A DNA stretch of 64,000 bases from Camelus ferus (Eukaryota), in contig NC_045715.1 of the NCBI RefSeq assembly GCF_009834535.1, forward strand, positions 19,530,001 to 19,594,000, given 5' to 3'. Below are positions 62,257 through 64,000 of the stretch, piece after piece; position 1 is the first letter of the stretch; every line of letters begins with the position of its first letter. Position numbers and translations under genes: made by a program. The notes beneath the pieces were generated by a model. That model was not told the origin of the DNA, made no database searches, and saw nothing but the letters and a program-made list of their open reading frames with translations.

Positions 62257-63012
62257 CTCAGAACTTCCTGGCATCTCAATCGAACACTGAGGATTTGGGT
62301 GGAAGGAGAAGAGAGAAGTTGATAGGCTGATGCAAATGAGGACACTTGAGCTGCAGGGCTCAGAAGGTCATTTGGGGGTGGAAACCTAAGAAGGGACCAC
62401 TTCAGAAGGGGGCTACCTCCTCCTCCCTCTTTAATGTCTCCCAGGAAGTAGACCAGATGGGCTCCAATGAGTCACTAAGGAGTGGGAGTGAAAACCTTAG
62501 AAAATAAGATAAGGGAAGTTAGATGAGGAAACTCTACAGAGAGGTTTTACTGGATCCCCCACCACCTGCCATTCTCTCGCTTCATATGTCCTGCTCCCAG
62601 ATCATTCGCTGGGGACCCAGGGACCTAGAGATTAGCTGTCTGACACTCTCTCGGATTTCCCACACTTCTTGGGGGAAGCCTGGGGGAGACTCTGAAGAGG
62701 CAGGAAGAACAGAAGCCTGATTAGAAACCCGGCAACCCCAGGGATTTGCCTGAGAGCGAAAAGATCCCTGCAGAGGCCGGCTACTGAGCATCAGCTAAGC
62801 TCCCCACTGCACCCCCACCCTAGTGTGGTCCCAAATCCTCCCTTGACGACTCCCACTGAGAAAGGCTGAAGTCCGGGAGCGGTGAAGCCCAGGACCAGGC
62901 TCCTGAAAGCGGGTCGCCTCTGCTCAGCCCCAGCTAAGAGCCTCAGGCTTCGGTCCCAGGTCTGGACAGGCCGCCAAGTGCCACCGCCTGCTGGCTGTCC
63001 ACCCCGCAGCTT

Positions 63013-63112
63013 NNNNNNNNNNNNNNNNNNNNNNNNNNNNNNNNNNNNNNNNNNNNNNNNNNNNNNNNNNNNNNNNNNNNNNNNNNNNNNNNNNNNNNNN
63101 NNNNNNNNNNNN
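63013..63112. other. Exactly 100-N scaffold gap
   Basis: Length is exactly 100, the usual placeholder for an unknown gap size. The other N runs are 3813-4001, 22521-22693, 22818-22977, 25489-25644, 37238-37369, 50793-50968 and 52346-52490. Confidence 0.85.
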
Positions 63113-64000
63113 AGAGCTAGCTCTGGCCTCACATGTTCAGCAAAGTAATGGTGGGATGTGGTTATTATATGACCTCTTCAGACAGCCCACCTGGGTTCAA
63201 GTTTCAATACAGGTGCTTACTAGCTATGCTTTCCAGAACAAGTGATTCATCTTCTGTTCTCATTTCTTTGTCTGAAAAGGAAGATAATAATTGCACCTAT
63301 CTCTTGAAATTGTTATAAGAACTATATACTGTGAAGTGCTTTGAAAAGGGGCTGGGGAAGTAAGCACTAGCAATCATTACCCTTCCCTGAAATCTAAGCT
63401 CTAATCAGTTTCAAGGGTATAATATTTCCCATAGCTTGCTTTTCTTTCTGTGTGATGATCAAGTGGCAGCTCCAACCAGCCCAAACGCTCCGTATCTGTA
63501 TCATGGGAAAGCTCTGGCAGGAAGGCGATGAGGAGATTCTGACTTGACAGTAGGTAAGTTACACATTAATCCTTCTCCTACAGCCTGTCAGTTTCCATAT
63601 ATCTTCACTAGTGTTTGGAATCAAACAGGGTCTAGAATCCTGGCCCTGACACAAGTTACTTGAACACATTACTTAACCTCTCTGAGACTGTTTCTTCTAT
63701 AAAACAAGGATAATATTAACAATTTTTTTCGTGGTTTTTCTGAGATCCATATATTTGGGAATTTTTTTAACATAGTGTCTGGTACTTAGGAAACACTCAG
63801 GAGATGGTTACAACTAAAATAATATGAGATTGTCATTACTGGATTGTGGAGCAGAATTTGAATCTCATAACCCTGTAGCTCTTAGTAAATGACTGGCTCT
63901 TCGGTGACCAATGAAGGAATAAATGCTTCATGAATATAGAACTAATGGGAACTGGGAAGAAGCGCTTGCCTTTCTCAGTGTAAGAGAAAAGAAGAACCTA

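Noticed and set aside
1-64000. CRISPR arrays, operons or other prokaryotic systems
   Set aside because: The window is mammalian, and I saw no repeat-spacer arrays or prokaryotic genes.

Overview
Mammalian genomic DNA, most likely a camelid: it carries six copies of a short tRNA-derived SINE resembling the camelid vic-1 type and cetartiodactyl-type L1 3' ends, and I saw no Alu, B1 or Bov-tA elements. The window is part of the MHC-linked olfactory receptor (OR) cluster and holds seven OR loci. In order: OR14J1 (+, intact), an OR12D3-like pseudogene (-), OR12D3 (-, intact), OR12D2-like (+, with an N gap), OR11A1 (-, missing its last 6 codons), a decayed family-6/11-type OR pseudogene (+) and OR10C1 (+, frameshifted). 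The rest is L1, L2, MIR, MER5A, MLT/ERVL and ERV1-type LTR relics plus eight N runs. Orthologue names come from my recall of the human proteins and gene order and need BLAST confirmation. I found no clearly new biological system. The best leads are: (1) a burst of AT-to-GC changes eroding conserved residues of OR10C1; (2) young L1 3' ends just downstream of 5 of the 7 OR stop codons; (3) a conserved paralogous non-coding module upstream of both OR12D3 copies; (4) a GC/CpG-enriched block of unexplained origin at about 31.4-35.5 kb; (5) apparent loss of OR5V1; (6) three solo LTRs next to a candidate bidirectional promoter at the right end.
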